A DNA stretch of 58,353 nucleotides from an uncultured Alphaproteobacteria bacterium (lineage in GTDB: Bacteria > Pseudomonadota > Alphaproteobacteria > RF32 > CAG-239): contig CALXPK010000006.1 in NCBI GenBank assembly GCA_944390265.1, positions 1 through 58,353 on the forward strand, in the 5' to 3' direction. Positions 20,167 through 30,379 of the stretch are shown piece after piece (the stretch's first letter is position 1; the number at the start of each line of letters is the position of its first letter). The translations under genes and the position numbers were made by a program. The notes below the pieces were generated by a model, which had not been told where the DNA came from, did not search any database, and saw nothing but the letters and a program-made list of their open reading frames with translations.

Positions 20167-20987
20167 TCTCTTTCGCGATTCTGAGCCAGTTTGGCATTAA
20201 TATATTTTTCCTTGAGCATTTGGTTTTGGGCGGCTTTAGCCTTCTTTTTGTCTTTCCGCACTTCTTTGCGGCCGGTTTTTTCACAAATGGTTCGGGCAAT
20301 TTTTTTGTCATCATGTTTTTCTTTGCCAAGTTCAACAATCTCTTTGGCTTCCATTTGTTTGATGGTTTTATCGCCGTCTTTGCCGCCGATTCCTTTGATT
20401 TTGTTCACGCCTTGCATCAGGTTGACCAACTCTTTGTCGCTGAGCTTATTCCAGCTTTTATCGGTTTGTTTAAGCTCTTTTTTAAACTCGGTTTTAAGGG
20501 TTTGAGCGGTTTTTTGCGGGGTGATGGAATTTTCGTTCAGGCTTTGGCGCAGGGTTTCTTTTTTCAAGCCTTTGAAACCGGCTTTTTTGGTCATGTCATT
20601 GGCCAGATTAACGGCCGCTTTCTTTTCCGTTTCCAGTTGCAAACGAATGGTGTTGTTGGTTTCCTGCTGATGCAAAATTTTCTTTTCGTCTTCGTGCAGA
20701 GCATTATATAAAGAATTGTTGCTTTGTTCCATCAACAACGGGTCGGCAACAATTTGCACATTGTCTTCATCATCATCTTCATCATCAAGCTGGCGGATTT
20801 TCTTTTGAATTTTTTTCAAGCCGGCGGGCAAATCATTGGGTTTGGGCGGTGTGGTTTTAAAAACACTGTCCTTTTTGGCCTCATATTCCACGGCCTGTTT
20901 AATATTGGTTTTTCTGGTGATTTTTTCTTGCTCTCCGATACTGCCTTTTTTCCATTCAATATTCGGATTCGAATCATTATCGGTCAT
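20163..20987 (-). CDS. Hypothetical highly charged protein
   Basis: GGAGG RBS before ATG 20987; Lys-rich with an acidic tract; ends in AQNRERD. Confidence 0.7.
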   Translation of the reverse strand: MTDNDSNPNIEWKKGSIGEQEKITRKTNIKQAVEYEAKKDSVFKTTPPKPNDLPAGLKKIQKKIRQLDDEDDDEDNVQIVADPLLMEQSNNSLYNALHEDEKKILHQQETNNTIRLQLETEKKAAVNLANDMTKKAGFKGLKKETLRQSLNENSITPQKTAQTLKTEFKKELKQTDKSWNKLSDKELVNLMQGVNKIKGIGGKDGDKTIKQMEAKEIVELGKEKHDDKKIARTICEKTGRKEVRKDKKKAKAAQNQMLKEKYINAKLAQNRERD

Positions 20988-21137
20988 CTGTTCCTCCGTC
21001 CGGCTCCTGCCGAAAGCTGCATTAACACTTTCTTTCAGAGTAGCCAAAGCGCGCCGATTTGTCAATTGTTGCCGAACGAAAGATTTATAAAGAAATTTCA
21101 ACATATTAGGATGTCTGTTTGAGAAAAACAAAAGCAA

Positions 21138-22817
21138 TTACAACTTTTTATACGTAATCATGACGGAGCCGTCAGACAAGTTTTTGGACATCACCTCAAC
21201 CTGAGTTTCGTCATCGCGGTTCAAAATAAAAGTTTTGGTGGTAAAACTGCTGATATGGTTGATAATATCATTTTTAAGAGCAGGCCAGTCTTCCACATTT
21301 GAGAAGAACTTGCGTTGCATATCAATCAGTTCGGAGAGGGTGGGGTCTTGTTCCAAAACGCCGTCGCCAATCTGCCAAAGTTTAAGATAGGCTTGGTTAA
21401 AGAAGTCAAGATGTCCGTCGGAGCCGAAAATGACCACGCCGTCAAAAAGGTTTTCCAAAGTTTCTTTCTGCACCGCAAGCAAAGAGTTGTAAGCGCGTCT
21501 GGTAGCCAGTTTGTCGGAAACATCTTCATAAGCAAAAACCAAACCGCCCATCGGGTGCGGGATTCTAACGCGGCGAATGGTCTGTTCGTTGGGCAGGTGC
21601 AGCATATCTTCTTTGGTTTCGATAATGGTTTGAAAATCTTTCTGTTCGCCGTTTTTAAAAGCCTGATAGTCCGGCACTTCCGGCAACAGGCGTTTTTCGC
21701 GCAAAATATCCAGAAAGGCCGAATAATTGGGCTGTTGCTCGAGCCAAACATCATCCAATTTCCAAAGTTGGGTAAAGGCTTTGTTATAAAAAGCCAGCTT
21801 TTGGTTTTGGTCAAACACGGCAAAAGCGGTTCCGAGCTTGCCCATAATTTCAAGGTGTGCATTTTGGTGGATTTTAAGGTTGCGTTTGAAGTCATCCAGC
21901 TCGGTAATATCAATCAATGCGCCCACGGTATAAATTTTATCAAGCGAGTCTTCCACGTGGAAAGGCGATTCGATTACCTCATACACTTTTCTTTCGCCGT
22001 TTTTGATAATGTTGACGGTTTGCTTTTTGGTTTTGTTGACCGAATGGGCGAGAAAAGCCAAATTTTTGGAGATATTTTCGCCGTTAACATTGCTGATTTC
22101 CAAATGGTTGACCAAAATATCTTCACGGCTTTTGTTGTCAAAAAACTCCATATATTTTTTGTTGATTTGGAAGATATTGAGTTTATCATCGCGCATCCAA
22201 ACCGGATAAGGGATGTTATTAATCAAATCCTCAAGTTGGATAATTTGCTTGAACCAGTTTCTTTTTTCCGATTCGAGCTCGGTAATGGTCTGCGATTCCA
22301 AGCTGATATCGCGAAACCAAATCATGTCGCAATAGATATTGCCGTCGATTCCGTTAATGCGCACGCCGGAAAGCCGCAAGCGTTTATTGTTATTTTTAAT
22401 CAAGAACTCATCATCAAAAGAAACCCCGTCCTCGCGTAGCAAATCAATATATTTTTGCAGGCGTTTCAAGTCATCTTTATAAAAATTTTTCAAAATCTCA
22501 TCAAAACTGGATTTTGTACCTTCGGGCAGATTCATCATCACGGCCAGGCGCCGCGAACAATGTTCGACAATGTTTTTGCGCGGGTCATCCACTTTTTCAT
22601 CGGGATAAATAAAAGCAAAATAGCCGTCTTTGGAGGCATAAAGCGTTTCGGCATATCTTTCGCGGTCGCGATTGAGAAAATAGTTTTTTTGCTTCATTTT
22701 CAGGTAGTTGTACCAATAATAAAAAGCCAGAAAGAGCAAACCAAAGAAGACCAGAGCCAAAGCATACCACAACTCCGGTGCCGCATAATACATATCAATC
22801 AACAATTCACGGGTCAT
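21138..22817 (-). CDS. Membrane-anchored multi-PAS protein, DivL-like, without a kinase domain
   Basis: N-terminal TM; IPYPVWMRD, LAFYNKAF..LW, LREKRLLPE, PHPMGGLVFAYEDVSD and ETLENL.DGVVIFGSDG repeats; stops at the end of the last PAS domain. Confidence 0.75.
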   Translation of the reverse strand: MTRELLIDMYYAAPELWYALALVFFGLLFLAFYYWYNYLKMKQKNYFLNRDRERYAETLYASKDGYFAFIYPDEKVDDPRKNIVEHCSRRLAVMMNLPEGTKSSFDEILKNFYKDDLKRLQKYIDLLREDGVSFDDEFLIKNNNKRLRLSGVRINGIDGNIYCDMIWFRDISLESQTITELESEKRNWFKQIIQLEDLINNIPYPVWMRDDKLNIFQINKKYMEFFDNKSREDILVNHLEISNVNGENISKNLAFLAHSVNKTKKQTVNIIKNGERKVYEVIESPFHVEDSLDKIYTVGALIDITELDDFKRNLKIHQNAHLEIMGKLGTAFAVFDQNQKLAFYNKAFTQLWKLDDVWLEQQPNYSAFLDILREKRLLPEVPDYQAFKNGEQKDFQTIIETKEDMLHLPNEQTIRRVRIPHPMGGLVFAYEDVSDKLATRRAYNSLLAVQKETLENLFDGVVIFGSDGHLDFFNQAYLKLWQIGDGVLEQDPTLSELIDMQRKFFSNVEDWPALKNDIINHISSFTTKTFILNRDDETQVEVMSKNLSDGSVMITYKKL

Positions 22818-22935
22818 CTTCTTTGCTAATTTTTTATTAAAGTTATTGCCTGATGAATGTTTTTATAATATAAAAAGGCATTCAAACAAAGAGTTTTTTT
22901 TAAATAGTGGACAAATTATAAGTAGGAGCGCATCA

Positions 22936-23601
22936 ATGTATAACTTAGCCTTTGACACCACCGCGGCGGCATGTTCCATCGCCCTTTTGCAAGATGACAA
23001 AATGCTGGATTCATATTCCCAAGCCATGGATTTTGGTCAGGCGGAAGTGCTCATACCGCAAATTAAAATATTGCTGGAAAAAAATCAGATAAGTTTTGAT
23101 GATTTGGACATGATAACCGTGTGCACCGGGCCGGGGTCTTTCACCGGCGTTCGCTCCAGCATCTCGGCGGCACGCGCATTTGGTTTGGCCAAACCGAAAA
23201 TTGCAATTTGCGGGGTTAATGCCTTTGATGCTTATTTGGTTTCTTTGGCTTTTGCGCCGGATGAAATCGGTTTTTACAATGCCGTGATAATTGAAACCAA
23301 GCGCGATGATTTTTATTATCAAATTTTTGATTCCGAGCTCAAAGCGCTGACCGAGCCGGCGGCAGATACAAGAGAAAACATCATCGCCCAGTTGCGCAAC
23401 AAAAAAGTGACCATGATTGGCGATGGGGTGGAGCGTTTTTTGATGAGTCCGACCGGTTTGAGCCTGCACTATGTCAAAGATGAAAACTTTTTGCCGATAG
23501 AAAATGTCGGTCTTTGCGGTTATAAACAATATCTGCGCAAAAGGGTAGATTATCCCAAACCGCTGTATTTAAGAGCTCCTGATGTTTGCCTGAAAAAATA
23601 A
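22936..23601 (+). CDS. tsaB: tRNA threonylcarbamoyladenosine biosynthesis protein TsaB
   Basis: LAFDTT, GPGSFTGVR and PKPLYLRAPD motifs; AGGAG RBS. Confidence 0.93.
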   Translation: MYNLAFDTTAAACSIALLQDDKMLDSYSQAMDFGQAEVLIPQIKILLEKNQISFDDLDMITVCTGPGSFTGVRSSISAARAFGLAKPKIAICGVNAFDAYLVSLAFAPDEIGFYNAVIIETKRDDFYYQIFDSELKALTEPAADTRENIIAQLRNKKVTMIGDGVERFLMSPTGLSLHYVKDENFLPIENVGLCGYKQYLRKRVDYPKPLYLRAPDVCLKK

Positions 23602-23604
23602 GAA

Positions 23605-25008
23605 CTACAAAGCATAACCATATTGCAAATCTTGGCTGGACAAGATGGTGGCAATGGTTTGCTGAATGTCTTGTTTTTGTCTTTGCTCGATGATATCGAT
23701 AATTTCCAGTTCCTGACGGTCAAGTCTGCGGTTGATGCCGAGAGAGTCATAATAAACTTTGCTGGCATTATAGAGTTTGGCCGCTTGCAGGTTGTTGCCT
23801 TGTTCATAATAAAAGCGAGAAAGCATTTTGTCGGCATTGGCCACTTGCTCGGCATTGATTTCTTCGTCGGCAATCTCCAACACGTGTTGATAAGTTTTCA
23901 TGGCTTGGTTATAAGAGCCGGCTTTGTTGTACATATCGGCGGCGCGATTCCAGGCATTAACGTTTTGCGGATGCAGCTCAATGGCCAGTTCAAAAGCACC
24001 GGTGGCCAAGCGCGTATCGGTAAGGGCCGAGAGCGTGCCGAAAGTGCAAGCCATGCCGGAAGTTTCTTGAAAAATTTGGTCTTTTCTGGCACCGTTGGTC
24101 ATGGCCGAAGCGGTTTCAATTTTGGCATCCATCAAATTTTCCATCAAAGCCAAAGCATAGGTGGCATCGCCTTCGGAAAGGTGCAAAATGGCGGTGGCAT
24201 CATCGGGCAGATTGGTGCCGCGGCGAATGTCATTAAACTTTCCTTGGGCGGCCAAAGCCAAAAAGTTTTTGACCTCGGCAATGGTTTGCAAAATCTCATC
24301 TTCGGAAATTTTTCCCTGATTGCGATACATCACGGTCTGCGCAATTTTCAAATCATCCACCTTACGGGCAATCATATCAATAATCAGGCCGATGAGTTCG
24401 GGCAAAGTTTTGTTGCTTTGCTGGTAGTGCAGAACTTCTCCGGCCATAATATCAAGCGAGGTTTGTTCTTGTTCGGCCGTTTTGCCTTTTTTCCAGTCAA
24501 AATCTATTCCGGCTTCTTTGGCTTGGTTGGCTTCGTTTTCTTTGGTTTGTTTCGCCTTTTTTTCTTCCTCTTCTTTTTGACGGGCGAGTTCTTGCTGTTT
24601 CAACATTTCTTGCCGGCGTTTTTCTTGTCTTTGCAGTTCGCGTTGCTGATCTCTGATTTGTTTTTGGCGCAGTTCTTCAAGTTCGAGCTCTTGTTGCAGT
24701 TCATTGCCGTCATCATCATCTTCATCATCATCGGTTTCATTTTTGAGGGCATTTTTTTTAAGCCGCTTATTTTTTGTTCCGGAAGATTTATCGAGCTTCA
24801 AAAAAGCAATGATAGATTTGACATAAATAACAATAACCAAAAATAAGAAAACAACAAAGGCCAACAACATCAAAAGATAAGAAGCAATCCGCACGTTGCT
24901 CATGCCGGACAAATACTTATCGACCACGCCGGCAAGCACATCAATATTGGTAACGGCGGAAGCAAAAAAACTTTCCGCACAAAAGAGAGTTATGATTTGC
25001 TCGAACAT
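23605..25008 (-). CDS. Membrane protein with coiled coil and C-terminal TPR repeats
   Basis: N-terminal TM helix; Q/E/K-rich coiled coil; AIELHPQNVNAWN...YNQAMKTYQ TPR pattern. Confidence 0.75.
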   Translation of the reverse strand: MFEQIITLFCAESFFASAVTNIDVLAGVVDKYLSGMSNVRIASYLLMLLAFVVFLFLVIVIYVKSIIAFLKLDKSSGTKNKRLKKNALKNETDDDEDDDDGNELQQELELEELRQKQIRDQQRELQRQEKRRQEMLKQQELARQKEEEEKKAKQTKENEANQAKEAGIDFDWKKGKTAEQEQTSLDIMAGEVLHYQQSNKTLPELIGLIIDMIARKVDDLKIAQTVMYRNQGKISEDEILQTIAEVKNFLALAAQGKFNDIRRGTNLPDDATAILHLSEGDATYALALMENLMDAKIETASAMTNGARKDQIFQETSGMACTFGTLSALTDTRLATGAFELAIELHPQNVNAWNRAADMYNKAGSYNQAMKTYQHVLEIADEEINAEQVANADKMLSRFYYEQGNNLQAAKLYNASKVYYDSLGINRRLDRQELEIIDIIEQRQKQDIQQTIATILSSQDLQYGYAL

Positions 25009-25104
25009 ATTTTTACTTTATACCATTTACAAAATGTTTTTTCGTGTCTAAGATACAAAAAATTATATAAGACATGTACCAACAATAATGGCAATAGATT
25101 AAAA

Positions 25105-25872
25105 ATGGGTTACTTTAGCCAAAGAAAAAAACATGCACGTCAAAATATGTTTATGCTGGTATCCTTGGTGATATTGGCCATAATCTATCTTTTGTTGTGG
25201 TTTGACGACGGGAACAATTCTTTTTTGCAAAACTTGCGTCATGCCCAGTTTCATTTTTACCTATATAATCTTTTTCTGGTGCTGTATACGGTTTTTCATC
25301 GTCAGATTTTATATTCAATTTTGGCGTTGTTGCTTTTGTTTTGCAACTATGGTTCTTTGGCCAAAACAGCGCGTTTATTCTTCAATCAAGAGCCTGCCGG
25401 TTTAAGCCGGTTAGACATCACCTATCAAAAAGGGGAGCAAAATTATCTTGCTCTGGCCAACGCCCAAAACATCAAAACGCAGGGAAAATTGGCGCTCAGC
25501 CCGCATTTGACGGCCTCTTTTGTCGGGCTGGAAGAGCAATCAAACCTCATCACTGTTGTCAATTTGGATTTTTCTTCAAAATATAAAAAAGAATATCCGG
25601 TTGCTTTGCGCAATTTGGCAAAATTTGTGATGAGCCAAAACGGTCCGGTCATTATTGTCGGCGATTTCGGCATTCCGAGCTGGGACATTTTGTTCCGAGA
25701 CTTTTTGAACAAAACCGGTTTGAGCGTCAAAAACCGCATTTTGTTTACCGATGGCAAAAGCGCATTTCGTTTTTGGTTTGTGCCGAGCATTAATATTTTG
25801 GGTTTTGACAATCTCGGCATTGCATCCATGAAAATGACCGGACAAAAATTTAATATCAAATTGGGCTATTGA
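25105..25872 (+). CDS. Membrane protein with a degenerate endonuclease/exonuclease/phosphatase (EEP)-like domain
   Basis: Three N-terminal TM segments; GPVIIVGDFG motif; no QE or SDH motifs. Confidence 0.55.
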   Translation: MGYFSQRKKHARQNMFMLVSLVILAIIYLLLWFDDGNNSFLQNLRHAQFHFYLYNLFLVLYTVFHRQILYSILALLLLFCNYGSLAKTARLFFNQEPAGLSRLDITYQKGEQNYLALANAQNIKTQGKLALSPHLTASFVGLEEQSNLITVVNLDFSSKYKKEYPVALRNLAKFVMSQNGPVIIVGDFGIPSWDILFRDFLNKTGLSVKNRILFTDGKSAFRFWFVPSINILGFDNLGIASMKMTGQKFNIKLGY

Positions 25873-27335
25873 ATTTTTTTCAAGTGGGTGGAGATAATTT
25901 CGGCCAGCTCATCATCTTGATTGGCTTTGGCATAGTCAAGTGCGGTTTGAAAAGTTTTTCGGGCTTGTTCTTTGTGTCCGACACTGAGCTCAATCAAGCC
26001 CATATTGGCATAATCTGTGGCAATACCGCTTAAACGGTTGTTCACCTGCTCCAAATCGAGCGATTGTTGAAACAAGCCCTTGGCGCGGCGAACATCATTT
26101 TTTTGCAAATAAATCAAGCCCAAAAGATTGTAGGCATTAGCCACATGAAAATTGGTATCGAAATGCCGATTTTTGCCGGTAATTTCTCGCAATATTTTTT
26201 CAGCTTCATCAAGTTTGTTTTGGGCAAAAAGGGCCAAGGCCATCAGATGCAAATTTTCATATCCGGCCGAAAAATTTTCTTGCTGTTGATACAAATTTTT
26301 GGCCTCAAACGTCAGCTGAATAACGGTTGGATAATCTTTTTTGGCCCAAGCCGCATAGGCCAAAATCTCTTTGCTGAAAGCCTCACCGGCGGCATTTTTT
26401 TCTTTTTTGTGGAGTTTGAGGGCAAGGCCGGCCATTTTTTCGGCTTTGGCAAAATCTTCCTGCATGAGGGAAAGTTGCCCGATTTGATTATAAATTTCGG
26501 CCGTTTGAACCGGCTGTTTGTTTTGCTGATAAATGGCAAGTGCTTTGTCATAATAGTCCTGAGCTTCTTCAAAGCGTTTTTGAATGGCCATCAACATACC
26601 GAGATTTCCGAAAATTCCGGCTTCTTCGGAAGAAAGTTTAAGCTCTTGAACAATCTTGAGTGCGGTATCAAACATCACCTGCGCCACATCGGAGACAATC
26701 GCGGTGCGATAGACGATTCCGGAGAGAACATAAGCCTCTGCCTCTTCATAAAAATTTTTCTGTTTATGAAAAATTTGCGCCGCCTGATTGGCATGAACGG
26801 AGGCTGAAAGCAAATCGCCGTCTTTGGCATCAAAAAAAGCCTGCAGATAAAGGCTGCGTGCCAAGGGATAATTCTTTTTGCCGGTTGCGGGCAGGTTGTC
26901 CAAACATTGCTTGGTTTTGTTGAGGTTGTTCTGGTTAAAGCAGAGAATTCCAAGCTCGGCAATCGCGGCTTTGTGGTTAGGATTCTCTTTGATAAAGTTT
27001 TCCAAATCGGCAATGTTTTTTCCCGCAGTTGCCATATTTTTCAAAACAAGTGCCAAAAAAAGCTGTTTGCGGCGCAACAAAAAAGTTTCGGCCGGCTTAA
27101 TTTTCCCTTTGGTCAAAGCCATCAAAGCGCTATGTTGCCGTTTTTTTATCAGAAGTTTGACAACCTGCATCAGATAAAAAGAAGACATATAAGTTTTGTT
27201 CTTTTGTTTTTTATAAAGAGCGGCAAAAGCAAGTTTATAAAAATGCCAAAATTTCAGCCGAGTGTAATAGCTTGCAATCGGCCAAAAGCACAAAACAAAA
27301 AAAAGCGGCAGGCAAATATATGCAAAATATTTCAT
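25866..27335 (-). CDS. Tetratricopeptide-repeat protein
   Basis: Multiple TPR units (GNLGML...FEEAQDYYDKAL, AYNLLGLIY...AKGLFQQSL); N-terminal TM helix. Confidence 0.85.
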   Translation of the reverse strand: MKYFAYICLPLFFVLCFWPIASYYTRLKFWHFYKLAFAALYKKQKNKTYMSSFYLMQVVKLLIKKRQHSALMALTKGKIKPAETFLLRRKQLFLALVLKNMATAGKNIADLENFIKENPNHKAAIAELGILCFNQNNLNKTKQCLDNLPATGKKNYPLARSLYLQAFFDAKDGDLLSASVHANQAAQIFHKQKNFYEEAEAYVLSGIVYRTAIVSDVAQVMFDTALKIVQELKLSSEEAGIFGNLGMLMAIQKRFEEAQDYYDKALAIYQQNKQPVQTAEIYNQIGQLSLMQEDFAKAEKMAGLALKLHKKEKNAAGEAFSKEILAYAAWAKKDYPTVIQLTFEAKNLYQQQENFSAGYENLHLMALALFAQNKLDEAEKILREITGKNRHFDTNFHVANAYNLLGLIYLQKNDVRRAKGLFQQSLDLEQVNNRLSGIATDYANMGLIELSVGHKEQARKTFQTALDYAKANQDDELAEIISTHLKKIQ

Positions 27336-27417
27336 CAATCTTTACGCAATGTTAGGGTTTATTTTTTATATTGCAGATAATAACAAGAGCAAACTTATAT
27401 GTATAGGGGTTTTTATC

Positions 27418-29847
27418 ATGGCAATAACAAAATTAACGTCAGACCAACTTTACACCCGTTGCGATCCGAAAAGTTTTGATTTTAACACCACGGCCGAGCT
27501 GGAAGAACGTCTTTCTGCTTTGGGACAAGACCGAGCTTTGAGCGCGGTTGAAATCGGCATTAACATCAAATCCAAAGGCTACAACCTGTTTTGCTTAGGC
27601 CCTGAAGGCACCGGCAAAACCAGCTTGGTCAAAAGAGTTTTGAAGCAAGAAGCGATAAATCGCCCCACACCGGATGATTGGGTTTATGTATATAATTTTG
27701 ATGAGCCGCATAAGCCGATTGCCATCGATTTTCCGGCCGGCACCGCACCCGATTTTGCCAAAGATGTCGATGGTTTGATTGAAGAACTTTCCGCCACGAT
27801 TCCCACCATTTTGGATAGTGATGAATATAAAGCTGCCATCAGCATCGTGCGTGAAAAATACAAACAAAAGAAAGAAGAATATGTCAAAATCTTGCAAAAG
27901 AAAGCCAAAGGCAAGAGCGTTTCTTTGTTGCACATGCCGGTAGGTTTGGTGGTTGCGCCGGTTAAAAACGGCGAGGTTTTGAGCCCCGAGGCTTTTGATG
28001 AATTGCCGGAAGAAGAGAAAAAAGCCCTGCTTGATGACTTGAACGCCATGCAGGCCGAAATTGAAGATTCGGCGCAAGATTTGCCCCAATGGGAAGAAAA
28101 ACAACGCAAAGAAACCGAGCAACTCAAAGAAAAGTTCATCAAAAATTCCGTAAAAAAACCGATAGATGCTTTGCGCAACAAGTATAAAAGCAACAAAAAA
28201 GCCGGCGAGTTTTTGAAAAACGTTCAAAAATACATGGTGGAAAATGTTGACGAGTTCATGCCGGAAAATGACAATAATAACGGTCCGGAAGATGCGCTGT
28301 CTTTGCTCTTTTCCAAGATGAACAAACAAGAAGAAGACAAGTTTGCCAAGTTCAAAGTTAACGTGGTCGTCAAAAGAGAAGCCGATTCCGGCGCCCCGAT
28401 TGTTTTGCTTGATCACCCCACCCAAGGCAACTTGGTCGGCCGTGTGGAACGTGTTCAACAATATGGTGCCTTGCTCACCGACTTCACCTTGATTAAGGCC
28501 GGTGCCTTGCATCAAGCCAACGGCGGTTTCTTGCTGATAGATGCCAGAAAGTTGCTGTTGCAGCCTTTTGCTTGGGATTCTTTGAAACGCGTCATTGCTT
28601 CCATAAATATTAAAATTGAAGCCCCGAGCGATGAAACCAGCTTCACCACCATTTCTTTGGATCCGGAACCCATCCCCTTGGATATTAAGGTCATTTTGAC
28701 CGGTGATTCCGAACTTTATGAGTTGCTCTCGGAAAAAGACCCCGATTTTTCGGACTATTTCAAAGTTGAGGCTGACTTTGGCGTCATCATGGACAGAACT
28801 CATGAAAACGAGTTGGAATATGCCAAGTTGATTGGTTCTTTGAGCAAGAAAAAACACTTGCGCTCGCTCAACCGTCAGGCGGTGGCCAAAGTGATTGAAT
28901 ATTCTTCGCGCTTGGCGGAAGATTCGCGCAAATTGACCGCACACATTTCTTCCATCGGCGATTTGCTGCGAGAAGCTGACTATTGGGCAAGAAAATCCAA
29001 ATCCAACCAAATCGGCAAAATCCACATTGAACAAGCCATTGATGCCCAAATCTATCGTTCAGACCGCATCAAACAACTGATGTTGGAACAAATTGATGAA
29101 GGCACCATTTTGATGGATGTGGAAGGCGAGCGCGTAGGACAGATTAACGGCTTGGTCGTTTACAACTTCTCTCGCAACTGTTTTGGCAAACCCGCCCGCA
29201 TCACCACGCAAGTGCGTATCGGCAAAGGCGAGTTTTTGAACATTGAAAGAGAAATTGAGCTCTCAGGGCCGATTCACACCAAAGGCGTGCTCATTTTGCA
29301 AAGCCTGATTGCCAACCGCTTTGCCAAATATAAACCTTTGTCTTTGTCCGCATCAATAGTCTTTGAACAATCTTACGGCGGGGTCGACGGTGACAGTGCT
29401 TCTTCTACCGAGTATTATTGCTTGATTTCTGCCTTGACCGAAGTCCCGATTAAACAAAGCATTGCCGTCACCGGTTCTATCAACCAGTTTGGTGAGATTC
29501 AACCCATCGGCGGCGTTAATGAAAAGATTGAAGGCTTCTTTGATGTCTGCAAGCATCGCGGCCTGACCGGCAAACAAGGCGTGATTATTCCGAGAACCAA
29601 CGTCAAAGATTTGATGTTAAGGGAAGATATTTTGACCGCGGTTGATGAAGGCATGTTCTCCATTTATGCGGTTGACCATGTGGATGACGGTATTGAGATT
29701 TTAACCGGCATCAAAGCCGGAAAAGCCGGCAAAGACGGCAAATATCCCAAAGGCACCATCAACTATCTGGTTCAACAAAAACTGGATGAATATTATAAAT
29801 ATTATGTCAAATATGCCAAAGAAACGCACGGCAGTTTGGGCAAATAA
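27418..29847 (+). CDS. Lon-family (LonC/YcbZ-like) ATP-dependent protease
   Basis: GQDRAL, GPEGTGKT and GALHQANGG motifs; Ser-Lys dyad in VDGDSAS...GGVNEKIEGF. Confidence 0.92.
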   Translation: MAITKLTSDQLYTRCDPKSFDFNTTAELEERLSALGQDRALSAVEIGINIKSKGYNLFCLGPEGTGKTSLVKRVLKQEAINRPTPDDWVYVYNFDEPHKPIAIDFPAGTAPDFAKDVDGLIEELSATIPTILDSDEYKAAISIVREKYKQKKEEYVKILQKKAKGKSVSLLHMPVGLVVAPVKNGEVLSPEAFDELPEEEKKALLDDLNAMQAEIEDSAQDLPQWEEKQRKETEQLKEKFIKNSVKKPIDALRNKYKSNKKAGEFLKNVQKYMVENVDEFMPENDNNNGPEDALSLLFSKMNKQEEDKFAKFKVNVVVKREADSGAPIVLLDHPTQGNLVGRVERVQQYGALLTDFTLIKAGALHQANGGFLLIDARKLLLQPFAWDSLKRVIASINIKIEAPSDETSFTTISLDPEPIPLDIKVILTGDSELYELLSEKDPDFSDYFKVEADFGVIMDRTHENELEYAKLIGSLSKKKHLRSLNRQAVAKVIEYSSRLAEDSRKLTAHISSIGDLLREADYWARKSKSNQIGKIHIEQAIDAQIYRSDRIKQLMLEQIDEGTILMDVEGERVGQINGLVVYNFSRNCFGKPARITTQVRIGKGEFLNIEREIELSGPIHTKGVLILQSLIANRFAKYKPLSLSASIVFEQSYGGVDGDSASSTEYYCLISALTEVPIKQSIAVTGSINQFGEIQPIGGVNEKIEGFFDVCKHRGLTGKQGVIIPRTNVKDLMLREDILTAVDEGMFSIYAVDHVDDGIEILTGIKAGKAGKDGKYPKGTINYLVQQKLDEYYKYYVKYAKETHGSLGK

Positions 29848-29848
29848 G

Positions 29849-29877
29849 AAAAAGGGCGGTGCAAGCCGCCTTTTTTT
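29849..29877 (+). terminator. Intrinsic terminator
   Basis: AAAAAGGGCGG-TGCAAG-CCGCCTTTTTTT. Confidence 0.8.
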
Positions 29878-29893
29878 GGATTAAGGGAACAAA

Positions 29894-30379
29894 ATGTATA
29901 AGATTCTTTTTGTCTGCACCGGTAATATCTGCCGCTCACCCACGGCCGAAGGCTATATGAAAAAAATTGTGCAAGAGGCAGGCTTGAGCCGTGAAATCTA
30001 TGTCGATTCGGCTGCCACCTCCAGCTATCATGAAGGCGATGCGCCGGACATGCGTTCGGTAGAATGTGCTTTGCAGCATGGGCTGGATATCAGGGGGCTG
30101 CGCTCTCGTCCGGTGCGGGCTGAAGATTTTGCCGAATTTGACCTCATTTTGGGCATGGATTCGCACAATATCTGGAATTTGGATATGAAGCGCCCGCAGG
30201 GGGATTCCCGCTACAATCATGCCAAAGTCCAAAAACTTCTTGAATATGCGCCGGCCTATGGCGAGGATATTCCCGACCCTTATTACGGCAATGACGGTTT
30301 TGAAAATGTTTATCAGATGATATCGGCGGCTTGTGATAACCTGCTGGCCGAATTAAAAATCAAACTCGGTCAAAATTAA
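29894..30379 (+). CDS. Low-molecular-weight protein-tyrosine phosphatase
   Basis: VCTGNICRS P-loop and DPYY motifs. Confidence 0.95.
   Translation: MYKILFVCTGNICRSPTAEGYMKKIVQEAGLSREIYVDSAATSSYHEGDAPDMRSVECALQHGLDIRGLRSRPVRAEDFAEFDLILGMDSHNIWNLDMKRPQGDSRYNHAKVQKLLEYAPAYGEDIPDPYYGNDGFENVYQMISAACDNLLAELKIKLGQN

Noticed and set aside
27370-27400. RpoH promoter upstream of the Lon-like gene (ATTG...CTTATAT)
   Set aside because: The spacing is 20 nt, longer than the 17-18 nt consensus
21315-29049. Long antisense ORFs (21315..22439, 23623..24846, 27595..29049)
   Set aside because: They mirror well-supported genes on the other strand and have no recognisable motifs; typical shadow ORFs
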